Shown here: positions 51,678-64,000 of the stretch, in pieces | Layout: the number at the start of each line of letters is the position of its first letter | Numbering within the stretch: position 1 is the stretch's first letter | Source: Lytechinus pictus | Taxonomy: Eukaryota | Direction of reading: 5' to 3' | DNA length: 64,000 nt | NCBI RefSeq assembly: GCF_037042905.1 | Contig: NC_087250.1 | Span: 20,214,001 to 20,278,000, forward strand | Made by a program: the position numbers and the translations under genes | The notes under the pieces: model-generated | What the model was told of the DNA's origin: nothing | What the model saw: only the letters and a program-made list of their open reading frames with translations | Databases searched by the model: none

Positions 51678-52487
51678 CACAGCAAAAACTGTGGTGTTAA
51701 CCGGTGTACGTAGAGGACCACACCAGTTATTTTACTCCGGTGTTAAATTGATGGTGTTAGTTTAACACCTATAGGTGTTATTACAACACCTTTGGTTGTT
51801 ACATTTACACTCTTTGGTGTCATGTTCAATCTCTAGGGTGTAATTTTCCCGGGGGGGCCACTTCCATTCACGAGTGGATACCATGCGCGACCATGGGGTC
51901 TCGAAAAGCACCCTAAACACGTAATTTCCATATTCTGAAAATGCACCCCTAAACAAGTATTGGCGCGTGAAACCCTACCATTAACAAGTATTGGAAACAA
52001 AACGATACTCTTGGCAAATATTACCTGAAATGAACCCCTAAACAAGTACAGAAATGTTTTATTGTTACGGGTCCTTCGGTCGTCGGCTTTACCTTATTTG
52101 GTTTAGTACGACCCCACTTACTACACCTCGCGCAAATCGGACTCTAAACACGAAGTGTACTGTTTAGTGTTGGGGCAAAATGGACATCCTTTATAAAACA
52201 TTTTAATTTTGTTTTATCATTCCCGCAAATTCGACCCTAAACACGTAATTTTCCTAGCGAAATAGACACCCTTTTTTCATTATTTTTGTGTTTTTGACAC
52301 CCTTATCACGTTACGTACGTAACGTGCCCTATCGTGAAAAGGACATCCTTTTTACGTGTTTTTTTGGTCGCGCATGGTATCCACTCGTCAATGTAAGTGG
52401 CCCCCCCGGGGTAATTTTAACACCTCGGGGTGTGGTCCTTTATTAACACCAACTGGTGACAGTTTTAACACCACAGCTTTTACTTTG
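51678..52487. mobile_element. CAC..-ended MITE with TA TSD, interrupted by a second element
   Basis: cacagcaaaaactgtggtgttaa / ttaacaccacagcttttactttg. Internal acacc/ggtgt repeats. Confidence 0.75.
51848..52410. mobile_element. CCCGGG-ended non-autonomous DNA transposon, 8-bp TSD
   Basis: cccgggggggccactt / aagtggcccccccggg. GTAATTTT at 51840-51847 and 52411-52418. Internal repeats of accctaaaca. Confidence 0.88.
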
Positions 52488-52726
52488 TACACAACATGCA
52501 GGAGGTCTCTTTTTGTATGTGTGTGACTATTTACTTGGCGTTATTGAGTTACCATTGCCAAAATTGTGTACAGATTTTCTGGAAACGTGGATAGAAACGA
52601 GAAATTTCCCGCAGAAATATGACCCTTATAACGGGAATGAGGCATTGTTTGATAAAAAATCATACGAGTTTACGGAGAGTGTACATTTGACAGAAAAAAA
52701 GTTGACTAAAAATATATATAGATTAA

Positions 52727-53103
52727 AGTGATTGGTTAACAATGGTTTGACTTTTAAAAATCTGAGCTAGAAGGTCACACTTGTCACCTGTGTCTGTGAT
52801 ATGTTACAAAAATGAAGCCCAGAAAAAATTTCGTTCGAAAATCATTATTTAGTGCTTCAAAAATTGAAATATAAAGTGACCGAAAACACCATCTTAATTT
52901 CATCCCATACACTTATGTGTACTATTTAGGCGTCTATAAGACGCCTATTTACAAAATCGGGGTTTGCCTTGTAGTTTTAGCTTTTCATTCTCAATAATGG
53001 TTGTTTTCAGGGTTTATTAGTTCTAATACATGTACTTGTACACATGTTTCATCTTGATTTGAGTATTTTTTTAATCGGCTGCTCACAAAGTTAAACAATA
53101 CCT
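52727..53103. mobile_element. Kolobok-like MITE, TTAA TSD
   Basis: Imperfect TIR agtgattggttaac / gttaaacaatacct. Empty site atagattaaaccat at ~25146. Confidence 0.8.
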
Positions 53104-55258
53104 TTAAACCATATCATGAAAAGTGATAAAAATATGAGATCATTTGAATACTATCAATGACGAGGATTAAAATTCAATGATTTTTCAATTGATTTGTATG
53201 ATTCATGATACACCTCACGTCAGCTGGATAAGAAATAAGAAAAAATATATAAAGAGACAATTCCCGATGAACCGGAAATAGCTGTTTTTTTAGTAAGTAA
53301 ATATGTTGTATCAATATATGGTATTGCTTCAAAGCAACTGGAGCATTCACAAGAATAAAATACAACTATCGGTGTACATATGTTTATTAACTAATTTCAA
53401 AAATTCGGAATAATTTTTATCACATAAACATGCAGTATTTTACATGCTTGCAAACGGAAAAAAAAACACGAACAAACATTGAATCACCAACTAGGGGATG
53501 CTCTAGAACGAAAATTGAATTTAAAATGCCATAGAAATGTTTATTTTTCCCCGTTCCAGAGACCCTCAAATTATATGGTTTCTCGTTCCATTGCGCGCCC
53601 GTCATGAACCACTGAGCCATTCGGAGCGGCGAGCTCGATCCGCGAGGAGTCATGATTATGAGTTCCGGGGTCTCCCTTTTTGATGTGTGGTCAGTTCCAG
53701 AGCATTGCATTTTAGCAGTCGTTTATTCAAGAGCCGTTCCGAAGACCGCCATTATTTTTAAGGTCAAGATTTAGTTCCAGAACCCCCTACTTTCGACTTT
53801 GGTGTAATCATGTTATAATTCGAGTAGCCCCCTTCCCTGGCCGGGCCGGGGGGGGGGGGCCTGCCATATCAAGCATCATATATTTTACGAGGCAAGGGTG
53901 ATTACTAGAAGTCAACAAAATAAAAAATGAGTTCGTAAATAATGAAAACACAATTTTATGCAAATTAAAATGTACAAATTTATTACTTATCCTCAGCCAT
54001 ATTAACATTGCTAGAAATTTTGTACGCTCATTCTACCCATTTTAAGTCGGGAGGCGCATGCGCATTGGTGAAGTCATCAATATTCATGAGCTCAGCGATT
54101 TCCGGGGCTATGAGGCATGTAGAGTGTGAAAAGCGATAACAATCCTCAGTAACTGAGTAACTTCTTTCCCCGCCTCAGACCACTTGTTCGCACGGCACTG
54201 CCATCACTCGTTCAATCTTGTGATCGATTCATTGAAACTCTTCGCTTAAAATCGCACTTTTTTTTCTAAGACAATGTGTATATAATATCATTTTTATAAA
54301 ATCATTTTTTTTTTTACTTATAAGATAAATATATAAAAATTCATTTTGATGGTGATGTGGACAGTATACTTGAAATAATTTGCAAACTGACGATAAATTT
54401 TATTTAACTTTTATAATCTGAAAATTACCTACATACATATGTAAATTGTAATATTCTGTTAATATACTCATTTGATAGAGCTTGTTTTGCTCTTATTTAT
54501 CTTTGTGTGAGACTGTGAAGTCACAGTTTCTGAAAAAGAAGTCTGAAAGGGTAATTTCCAATGCCAACTCGTTCACTAGAGAGTTTTGGGAGCAATGAAC
54601 GTGAACGACGTAGCAGTCATCTGATCGTTCGAGTCAACGTCGTCGTCTGCCCTTGTTCACTACAATTGCGAATACTTTAGATTTCACTCGACTTGTACGT
54701 GTACGTCCGTCTACATGAAACAGCGCGATAACCAGCGGGTCATGACACCCTGCCCGACCCGGAAGATCTGGCACACCATCGCCTGGCGACCCGGTCGGGT
54801 GATGCGAAGGTGCAACTTGTGCACATGTGCCCTTTCACTTGCTTTGATTCCTCTTTACGCGAGTTAGGATATATATCGATGTATATTTTGAAGATCAGAA
54901 AGCAATTTCAAATATGATAAACATAATGCATCGTACAACTTACATTAATTTTGTGAAAAGTCACTGAAAACTGTGTTTTAAAAGGGAAAGGTTGATCTTC
55001 ATGCTGGGCTTGAACGGTTAAAATGACGTCACTCACGTGCACGTCGTCTATGATTTAGGAGAACCGCAAAATAGATGTGGCGAGGTTCTCGATTTTGATA
55101 GTGGACGCGTGTGAGGACCCGAGGCATATGGCACGCCAAAAAATGACGTCATCTCGTACCAGTCCTCTATGTCGACGTACCTTTCTAAAAGTGCTCACTA
55201 CCGTCCTAAACCTTCTACAGTCATTTGGTTTACCATTAGTTCGTTCATTGTTCACATA

Positions 55259-55564
55259 GTTTAATTGCCATTTCGTCCACTTACCATTTAGTCTAATAAC
55301 CAGTTGGTCCAATATCCATTTAGTCCAGATACCATTTGGTCTAAATGGATAATTGTGCAAAATGAATGAAATTGAAATTGATATTAGACTAACTGGTAAT
55401 GAGACGAAATGGTGATCGGACGAAGTGATGATTGGACCATATGGTTATTGGACCAAATGATTGTTAGACGAAATATTGATTGACGGAATAGCATTTTTAG
55501 ACTTAATGAAGGGAGACCATGTGGCGAGTGGACGAGTTGGCAGTAGACGAATTGGCAATATACC
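55259..55564. mobile_element. Merlin-like MITE (another copy at 63296-63640)
   Basis: gtttaattgccatttcgtc..gacgaattggcaatatacc, with internal ggtc/gacc 15-16-bp repeats. Confidence 0.75.
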
Positions 55565-55911
55565 GTCTGAGATCGAAGAGTAGAGGAATCACGCTGAAAT
55601 TCTACCGGCCAGTCATCGGCGCAGCCATCATTCCGTCTCTTGTTATATGCCCCCGTCTTACGGACAGTTACGATGCATCTGGTCCATCTCAACTATACGG
55701 AAATCCATTAAACCCATAATAATTATTTTGTACAGGAAATTCTTACAATGTCCTTTGTAAACAAAGAGAAACACAGCGAATTTTCACGAATACAATGCAT
55801 GCGTCATAGCTCGTCAGTGTTTTGAACCAACGTGCAAAATAGATATTGACGTTGCTGGCTTTCCATAGTTGTGGTCGATTGGATCAATCGCAACTCTTTG
55901 TAAGACGGGGC

Positions 55912-56660
55912 CAAGGACTGTCTACAGCCAGCATTCCAGGGGTAAATTGCCAATTCGTCTGCTGCCAACTCGTCCACTCACCACATGGTCTACTTCCATT
56001 TAGTCTAATGCCATTCCGTCCATCAATATTTCGTCTAACAACCATTTGGTCCAATCACCACTTCGTCTAATCACCATTTCGTCTCATAACCAGTTGGTCT
56101 AACTTCCATGTCATTTTCATTCATTTTGCACAGTCAATTAACACTTAGCCCAGACCAAATGGCTATTGGACCAACTGGCTATTAGACGAAATGGTGAGTG
56201 GACGAATTGGCAATTAGACCATGTGGATAGTGGACGAACTTATGGTAGACCAAATGATAGTAGACGAGTTGGAAATTGGACGAATTGGCATTAGACGAAT
56301 TGGAAGAAAAGCATTCCAGGCAGCTGAATTCCAAGATGCCATAGAAAGCTACTCCATATTGACTAAACAGTGCTAAACACACAAGTTACACAGAGCATGG
56401 ACATATTACAAATGCACAGAGCTAGATCGAGAGCATTCACGCAGTGCTCAAGCGCTCAAAGCTCAGAAAGGCAGGACATGTCCACAGAATGCCACACGAG
56501 CGGTTAGGCGAGCTGATGGTAGGCAAAGCGCTCTCACGGTCGTCAAAGTGAGAAAGCTTCCCTGAAGTGATCTGGCATCAATCCTGCCTGGCTCACCATG
56601 GTTAGGGCTGGTGTGTCAGGCTACGAGTCAAGATGTGTGGACAAACAAAATCAATGTTCA
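55912..56660 (+). pseudogene. Decayed RTE-clade LINE ORF2 C-terminal fragment, interrupted by a MITE
   Basis: Manual translation gives TVYSQHSR|QLN..RCHRKLLHI..SIHAVLKRSKLRKAGHVHRMPHERL..GELMVGK, matching the RTE LRWAGHV.RM motif. Contains stops and frameshifts. Confidence 0.75.
55941..56312. mobile_element. Merlin-like MITE with >=8-bp TSD
   Basis: Starts GGTAAATTGCC. ATTCCAGG duplicated at 55933-55940 and 56313-56320. Confidence 0.8.
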
Positions 56661-58143
56661 TGTTCAAGTACAAGTTTATGTGTGTATAAAACAAAATAAA
56701 ACCTACAAAATAATCAAATAAATATATTAAAAAATGCATATGAATTAATAAACGCATGTTCGGTAGATTATAGCATAGACGAATTGGTTTTAGGAACCCT
56801 TTAAAAGCAAGGATTGTGAGCCTGGAATGTTAAATATGATTGATAACATATAATATAGAACATACTACTCTACAAAATTTAAATTTAAATTGAAACTTTT
56901 TATTTACCACAATCTTCATAAGAACATACAAATCAAGAAGTATAAGATTAAAATGTCAGTGTCGAGAAAACAGTGCAAGCGTCATCGCTATAAAAGAAAC
57001 AAACAACAGATATGAGGGGTAAGGTGGAAGAGATGCGGGGGGAAATGTCACCCCTCCTTTTCCCACCTCAGACCATTCGGTTACACGGCTCCTCATCACT
57101 CGTTTCATCCTGTGATCGATTGATTCATCAGCGCTTCAATAAAGACACTTTTTACTTCCGAATCAAAATATACTTTGCATAGTGTGTTAATAACGAGTTT
57201 ATTCATTAATTTAATATTATTTTATAGATCAAATGATTTATTATGGTGATTTGAGCAGTAAAAATTTCCTAATAAGTAGCATACAATTTTTAAGACAATA
57301 CAACTATTATAGTAATAGTAAATTAAAGTTTATATAAATTTGTAAAACTGAATGTTTAAGCAAATATGGGCTCATAGCGCCTAAGTAATCTTTGAGTGAA
57401 ACCGTGAAGCCATGGTTTCTAGCGAAAAAGTTGCTTGACATTTCACAAAAAGTTTCATGTTATAGCATGCAAAGTAGTTCATGTCTGCTGTCTCTCTCTC
57501 TCTGCTTGAATTGCTTACTTTTCGAGCTCTTTTCTCTGTTTTTTTTCTTTCCCTTCTCTTAGCCCTTATGGTATTTGTTAATTAATGTACTATTATTTTT
57601 TTTATTTGAATAATTATTTGGTGCTGTAAATATTTGCTCGTGAGAGTATTCATCTAATATTGTATGTTTTATATATATATATATATATAAATAAATATAT
57701 ATATATATATAATATATAATGGGGGAGATTTTGAAGCTACATCTCTAGTGATCGATTCAATATACATCTTCACCAAAATCGCACTTTTATTTCTCAATCT
57801 GAATATACTTTGTATAGTGTGCTAATAACCAGTTTGTTCAATACTCTAATATTATTTTTAAAAATTAAATGATTTATCATGGTGATTTGAGCAGAATAAA
57901 TGTCTATACAAATAGCAGATAGTTCCTACGATGATTTGACTATTATTATAATAGTAGATTTGAATATAAAATAATTGGAAGACGCAACACAACTTGTCAA
58001 TTAAAAGCTAATTATAGCCTAAATAATCTTTGAGTGAGAACGTGAAGTCATGGTTTTTGACGAAATCACATTGAAAGTTATCGTAAAAAAACGGAAAGGG
58101 GTGAAATTTTGAGGAAAATCTATTTCAAAATTAGAATACTAAA

Positions 58144-58725
58144 AGGGGAATGAAACCTTTGAAACAAGTGGGCTTGTGTGGAAAGAGAAAATTCAAAGAA
58201 TAAGATCAAAGAAAGTTTGAGAAAAAAAATCAGACAAATAATGAGAAAGTTATGAGCATTTGAATATTGCGATCACTAATGCTATGGAGATCCTCCCATT
58301 GGCAATGCTACAAAGATGTGTGATGTCACATGTGAACAACTTTCTCTGTGAGGGACTATAAAATACCCCTAAAATGTCCTTTTTGCTCTTTCTTATGGTG
58401 ATACAAACTCTTTATCCATAAAGTATTTTTTAATCCATATTACATGCCCTCTTATAGAAAGAATACATGATCTACTGATAGATGTGATAAAAGAGGCAAT
58501 TTAAGTGAAATATATAGAAAAGTAATGGGAAAGTTGTTCACAAGTGACATCACACATCTTTGTCGCATTGCCAACCGGAGGATCTACATTATGATAATGA
58601 TCTAAACTTCAAATGCTCATAACTTTCTTATCATTTATCAAATTTTTCTCTAACTTTTGTTGATCTGTTTCTAAGATTTTTCTGTTTTAACACAGGCTAC
58701 CTTTTTTCCAAGGTTTCATTTTCCT
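58144..58725. mobile_element. Kolobok-like MITE
   Basis: aggggaatgaaacctt / aaggtttcattttcct|ttaa, with a long imperfect internal inversion. Confidence 0.75.
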
Positions 58726-58959
58726 TTAAAAAGAAAATTTCATTTTGTATCATGCGAAGTAGCTCATGCCTGCCCTCTCTCTCTGCTTGTTCACTTCTCG
58801 AGCTCTTTTCTTCTCTCTTAATTTATTTTCCTTCTCTTAGCCTTTTCTTATGGTATTTTTCAACTAACATAATAATACTATTTTTTTAATTTGAATGATA
58901 ATTTGGTGCTATTTTTGCCAGACATTTGCTCGTGAGAAAATTCATCTGATATAGTTTTT

Positions 58960-59113
58960 GTTGGTGTTCTTAGTTGAGGTTTTCTGTTATGTATAAGCGT
59001 TTCGAACGTATTATTTTTTCTGTATTCATGGTATGTGTATTACATGTACGGAGTGTATATAAATATTGTATATATGTTGATATTTTGATGAATAAAATTA
59101 TTGAAAGAAAAAA
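58960..59113 (+). mobile_element. Extreme 3' fragment of the Tx1-like LINE
   Basis: Matches ~48978-49133, ending aataaaattattgaaagaaaaaa. Confidence 0.85.
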
Positions 59114-59591
59114 GTATTATCACTGGAGAGATTGTGAAGCTACATCCTCTAGAAAAATGAAAACTTGATGTCTAATTTTTTAATCAACATTATTAATGAA
59201 AAATGTATTATAAATTGAAAAACATAGATTATCATTTCCAGAGAGAAAGTAGACGATTTGCATATTTCAATCCGTTTCGATTTTGTGCTTAACATAATAA
59301 GTTTAAATTCACATTACTGGCAAAGATGGTGTAATAAAATCAAGGTAAAAGAAAGTAGTTGCAGCAAACAATTATTTCATGAGAAAGTGTTTAAAATCAA
59401 GTTTGAATGGTTAGCATATTATCATAGATCTAGTTCTGATACATTGAAATAAACTTGTCTTTGTGAAATCAGGAATCTTAGCTGAAAACCGATAATTATG
59501 ATGATCACTAACACTAACATGACTAAAAAGGCATATATGGGACAGTGAATTAATATTATTCGGGAAAATACCCGACATTTTCTGGAATTCC

Positions 59592-59772
59592 GGTAGAGCG
59601 GGGGATTCGTATTTCGGTGACCCGGGTTCGATTCCCACTTGGTGGGCTAGTGCCCTTTGGTAAGGCATTAATCTTCATTACCAGGTCCTTCTGAGAGGAC
59701 CTTAAGCTTGCTTGCTTACAAGCATTCATGCTTTCTTAGCAATCAGGTAAACATCCCAATCAATCAATCAAA
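59592..59772 (+). mobile_element. tRNA-derived SINE inserted in a dispersed repeat
   Basis: ggtagagc (partial A box), gggttcgattccc (B box), ggtaaggcatt motif and (caat)n tail. Confidence 0.75.
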
Positions 59773-60486
59773 TTTCTGAGTAATTACACAGTTTTCCCAG
59801 AGCAATTTGGCACATATTTTTTTAGTCGTACACACAAACTCTTGGTGGTCATCTTTATTGGATTCTGTTTGAACTTATTTTGAGATCGTTACCCATTATC
59901 ATTATTTCTAAAAAATGACCCCCAAAATAAAATAAAATAAAACAACATATGTGGTTGGAGGAGGGGGGGGGGGATGAAGGGGGGAAATGTCACCTCTTCC
60001 TTCCCCAGCTTAAAGGGGAATCCAGCCCTGGCCATACAATGTTGTGTTGGGAAGGAGAAAAATAAATTAAAGAGAATCATATGGTGAAAGTTTGAAAGAA
60101 ATCGGACAAGCAATAAGAAAATTATTGAGATAACTAATACTATGTAGATTTCAAATTGGCAATTGGGTAAGTAAATTATGACAAGGGGCAAGAACAACTT
60201 TCCCATAGACCATGTACTTTATTATCAGGGATTTGTGGTTTTCTCCTAAGTACCCATTCCCCTGGGGCAGTAATCTAAATATAACCCATGTAGTATATTG
60301 TTTTATGTCCTCATGAAAGAAAAATATAATTCAAAATAAAACTTTTGGGAAAAATGACATTTTAGCCATAATATGTATTGGAATACATGGAAGAGTAGTC
60401 CTTGCCTTACATCACTATGACATCCCATATGCGGCCAATTTGAAGTCTCCATGGGTAAAGTGATTACCAATATTTACAACTTTTAA

Positions 60487-61086
60487 AGGTCAAGTCCACC
60501 CCAGAAAAATGTTGATTTGAATAAATAGAGAAAAATCAAACTAGCAAAACGCTGAAAAATTTCATCAAAATCGGATGTAAAATAAGAAAGTTATGACACT
60601 TTTGACAGTTTTGCTTATTTTTCACAAAACAATGAGATGCACAACTCAAATGAGAAGGTCAATGATGTCCCTCACTCACTATTTCTTTTGTTTTTTATTG
60701 TTTGAATTAAACAATATTTCATTTTTTTTTTATAGATTTTACAATAAGGACCAACTTGACCGAATCATATAGTATTAAACAATGCTCATTCCACATGTTC
60801 AGGGAGGAATTAATCGTTGTTTCCCTTGACAATGAGGAGAAAATTAGAATATTTCATATTTCATATAATAAAATACAAAAGAAATAGTGAGTGGATGACA
60901 TCATCAGTCTCCTCATTTGCATACCGACCGGGATGTGCATATAACTATTTTGTAAAATTAAGCGAAACTTTAAATTGTCATAACTTTCTTATTTTACATC
61001 CGATTTTGATGAAATTTTCAGTGTTATTCTTGATGGATTTTTCTCTTTTTATTCAAATCAACTTTTTGTCGGGGTGGACTTGTCCT
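60487..61086. mobile_element. Kolobok-like MITE, TTAA TSD
   Basis: ttaa|aggtcaagtccacccc..ggggtggacttgtcct|ttaa. Confidence 0.88.
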
Positions 61087-61090
61087 TTAA

Positions 61091-61508
61091 GGTGGTGCTG
61101 CACCAGCCCGAGTTTGCTCAATCTCCATGAGCTCAAAGGTTTAGTCTGATCAGCCCTCTTCGCGATAGATCTCGAGATTCAAGAAACCTCATCTCCACCC
61201 GCGCAAGAAGAGCAATTCGTGCTCGAACGAGGCATCGATGCGTTTCGGTCTGACGCCGTGGATAAATAACCCCGAGTCGAATCTGCGTCTGCACATGTAT
61301 GCGAATCAGCGGGATAACTTGTAAATAGAGCGCTAGTTTGCAAATGATCCTAAGTTGACTGAGGATTGCACGCTCTATATTAATCCAGCGAATATTGCGA
61401 GGATTGCGTCCCCATTACAAATAATCCTGAGATTGTTCAGATCGGGATAATTTGCCGGATCAGAAATAGCGCGATTATTTTGAAAACTCGGGCTGGTGCA
61501 GACGGCCC
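61091..61508. mobile_element. Harbinger-like MITE
   Basis: ctgcaccagcccgagttt / aaactcgggctggtgcag TIR core, GG..CCC ends, TAA on the left. Confidence 0.7.
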
Positions 61509-63127
61509 TTTTGATACCAAGTTATAAAGGGGTAATCCCGGCTGAAAATGATTATCTATAAGTAAATAGAGTAAAACTCTCCGAGCAAAGTGTTGAGTGA
61601 AAAGTGCAGGGGTGGCCCGTTCACATGGCACGCACCCACGGTACTACCATCACTCGTTTAATCTCGTGATCGATTTCAATATATTATTCACTGAAATTGT
61701 AATGCAATTTCAGAATCAAAGATAAATTATACTTTGTATAGTGTGCTAAAACAAGATCATTCCTTTGTTTTATATCACAAATTTTAATACATATTTTTGC
61801 AAAATAATTCATCAAATTAATTTTACCAGTTTGGTTTCTTTATTACCTGCATACAGTCTTTAAGATACCTTATTTGTTATCTTAAAAGTAAAAATAATAT
61901 ATAATAATTCGATTTTTTTTTTCTATTAACGAATCAGGATTATTGCAAAATTACTAAAATAGTAATTGATTATCTTTGAGTGAGACCGTGAAGTCACGGC
62001 CTCTAGTAAGTGTTAAGGGGGTACTGATCCGTTGTAAAGTATATACATGGTAAACTGAATGAGTAGATTAAAATTCACACAGCAAATTCCTGAAAATTTC
62101 ATCCAATATGGACAACAAATAGTGAAGTTATTAAATTTAAAGTTTAGCAAAATATTTGTTTTAATGGTTATACGCTTGCTGTGAATATTAATTAGATGGA
62201 CTGATAATGTCTCATCCCCACTTTCTCTTTTCTTATATTTATAGATAAAATCATAATTGTTTCATTTTTTCGTGTATATGTGAATGATATAGTACATCTT
62301 CCTTATAAAGAAGTAAGCTGCAGCAATGAAAATCTAGTGCTCTATATCAGTTGTCAATCCAATTGTTGTAGTTCTTAAAGGAAACAATTTGAATAAACCT
62401 ATTTTTTTTATAATAAAATACAAAAGAACAAGTGGGAATATGACATCAGTTTACTCACTTAACATTCATGAATACATGCCTAGATGAACTGTTTCACTGG
62501 AATAATGCAAATTTTAAAATTCCATAACTTTGTTATACCTTGTCCGATTCTGATCAAATTTTCAGTGTTTTCACGGTCTGTTTTTTCTCTGTTCATATCG
62601 TATTTTTTCCAGCCTGGAACATTCATTTAACCTATGAAGGAGGGGCAGAATACTATAATGGGTCTGTGAAGGGAACAAATTTGGGGCCTTGTTCAGTTAA
62701 TAAGAGGAAACTTTTGATTTCACGCATAAATTAGCATGACTAATTAGAAATGAGTTTTTGATTTTACAATCTTTCATATTATGCCATGAGCAACGCGCCT
62801 GCCGATTTTCATACTGATCACGACGTGATCAATGACCGTGTTGACGGGGGGGGGGGGGGGGGGTAGTCTTCTTCGGCGGCGAAATAACCCAGTCTGTTTC
62901 GGGATAAAGACATGTAATCGCTCCGATTTTTGATGAAATCGTCATTTTTGTGTAGTATGATTTTTCTTTATCTGTCTGATTTGGTAACAAGACTTACATT
63001 GGTAGCATTTTTTTTTATTTAGAAAATTGTTTCTCGGTTTTATTTACACTCTCAAGACATGATTTAACTATGGAAGGCTAACTATGACATTGATCTCTGA
63101 AGCCCGTATTCTGAAGTTCGGTTTAAC

Positions 63128-63164
63128 CACTCAACTAGAAATAGCAGATATTTCTAGTTCAGTG
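63128..63164. mobile_element. 37-bp hairpin insertion with 8-bp TSD
   Basis: CACTCAACTAGAAATA-gcaga-TATTTCTAGTTCAGTG flanked by ggtttaac / ggtttaag. Confidence 0.7.
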
Positions 63165-64000
63165 GGTTTAAGATTAGACTATGGTCTAGATCTTTGCTAA
63201 AAGTATGGAAAGCCAAACATGTCAAAAATTTGATGCATCGTATGCCTTTCACGTTTACTGTGCTCACGTTTTCCGTGCTCATACATAATTATTCCGGTTT
63301 ATTTTCAATCGGTCTATTACCAACTCGTCTACTATCATTTGGTCTACCACCAATTCGTCCACTATCCACGTGGTCTAATTACCATTTCGTCTAATAACCA
63401 GTTGGTTCACTAGCAATTTAGTCCATATACAATTTGGTCTTATCGTCAATTGGGCGAATGAATAAAAATGAAATGGGTATTAGACAAGCTGGTTATGAGA
63501 CGGAATGGCTATAGACGAACTGGTGATTAGACAAAGTGATGATTGGACCAAATGGCTGTTAGACGAAATGTTGATGGGCGGAATGGCATAAGACTAAATG
63601 AAGATAGACGAGCTGGCAATAGACGAATTGGCAATTTACCATTCTTTATTAAATGGTGAAGCCAACTGTCTCTTTTTCAAGGATAATTAAGAATGGTTTA
63701 AGAGTCAAATTGACTGATACATTGATACCTACTGTTAGAAACTTATGTCACAATTGGCTATCCATAGTTAAAGACAAATACCAGTAGTGGTAACGATCTC
63801 AAAATGAGTTTTAACAGAATATAATAAAATTACCACCAAAGTGCCAAATGACACTGGAAGAAAATGCGTAATTGCTGAGAAATGAGCAAAACAAGCACGG
63901 AATACCATTAAATGTCGGATATTTTTCGAAGCAATATTAATAAACTGTCCCACACTGATGCTTTTCTGTGTTAGTGATCATCAGAATTATCGATTTTGAG

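Larger units (their letters stand above)
21700..52700 (+). repeat. Complex tandem array of Helitron-like modules, interrupted by other elements
   Basis: About 13 hairpin+CTAG ends (gcggcg.t.aacc..ggttaatcgCTAGt) at 21860, 23216, 24479, 25913, 32486, 34057, 36126, 37247 (CCAG), 39473, 40308, 42154, 49155 and 51225, all in the same orientation. Most are followed by a conserved downstream module. Confidence 0.75.
54175..62007 (+). repeat. Second Helitron-like family, 4 dispersed copies (54175-54531, 57067-57423, 57745-58060, 61620-62007)
   Basis: Shared gtgatcgatt motif and AT-rich body. 3' hairpin gagaccgtg-aagt-cacgg..tc followed by TAG (clearest at 61982-62007). Confidence 0.6.

Overview
AT-rich animal DNA, repeat style suggestive of a sea urchin or other echinoderm (inference only). 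It consists almost entirely of nested transposable elements, and I found no host protein-coding gene. Coding elements: (i) a ~4.5-kb non-autonomous LTR element (12337-16808) with near-identical LTRs and one open 723-aa ORF containing an aspartic-protease-like domain that lacks the catalytic Asp; (ii) a 5'-truncated CR1/L2-group LINE on the minus strand (17350-21438); (iii) a near-intact L1/Tx1-type LINE (43934-49135) plus three 3' fragments; (iv) a decayed RTE fragment. Non-coding structure: a 4,049-bp foldback palindrome with TATG..CATA ends and a 6-bp target-site duplication (TSD; IS3EU-like); a ~30-kb shuffled tandem array of Helitron-like units carrying a tRNA-derived SINE; a 3.4-kb element with terminal inverted repeats (TIRs) that holds a ~160-bp-period array of RFX X-box palindromes and a CTAG-rich tract; many MITEs (Kolobok-, Academ-, Merlin- and Harbinger-like); and three 21-37-bp hairpin insertions with 7-8-bp TSDs. 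All coordinates were read by eye. Superfamily calls for non-coding elements rest on termini and TSD signatures, not on database searches.
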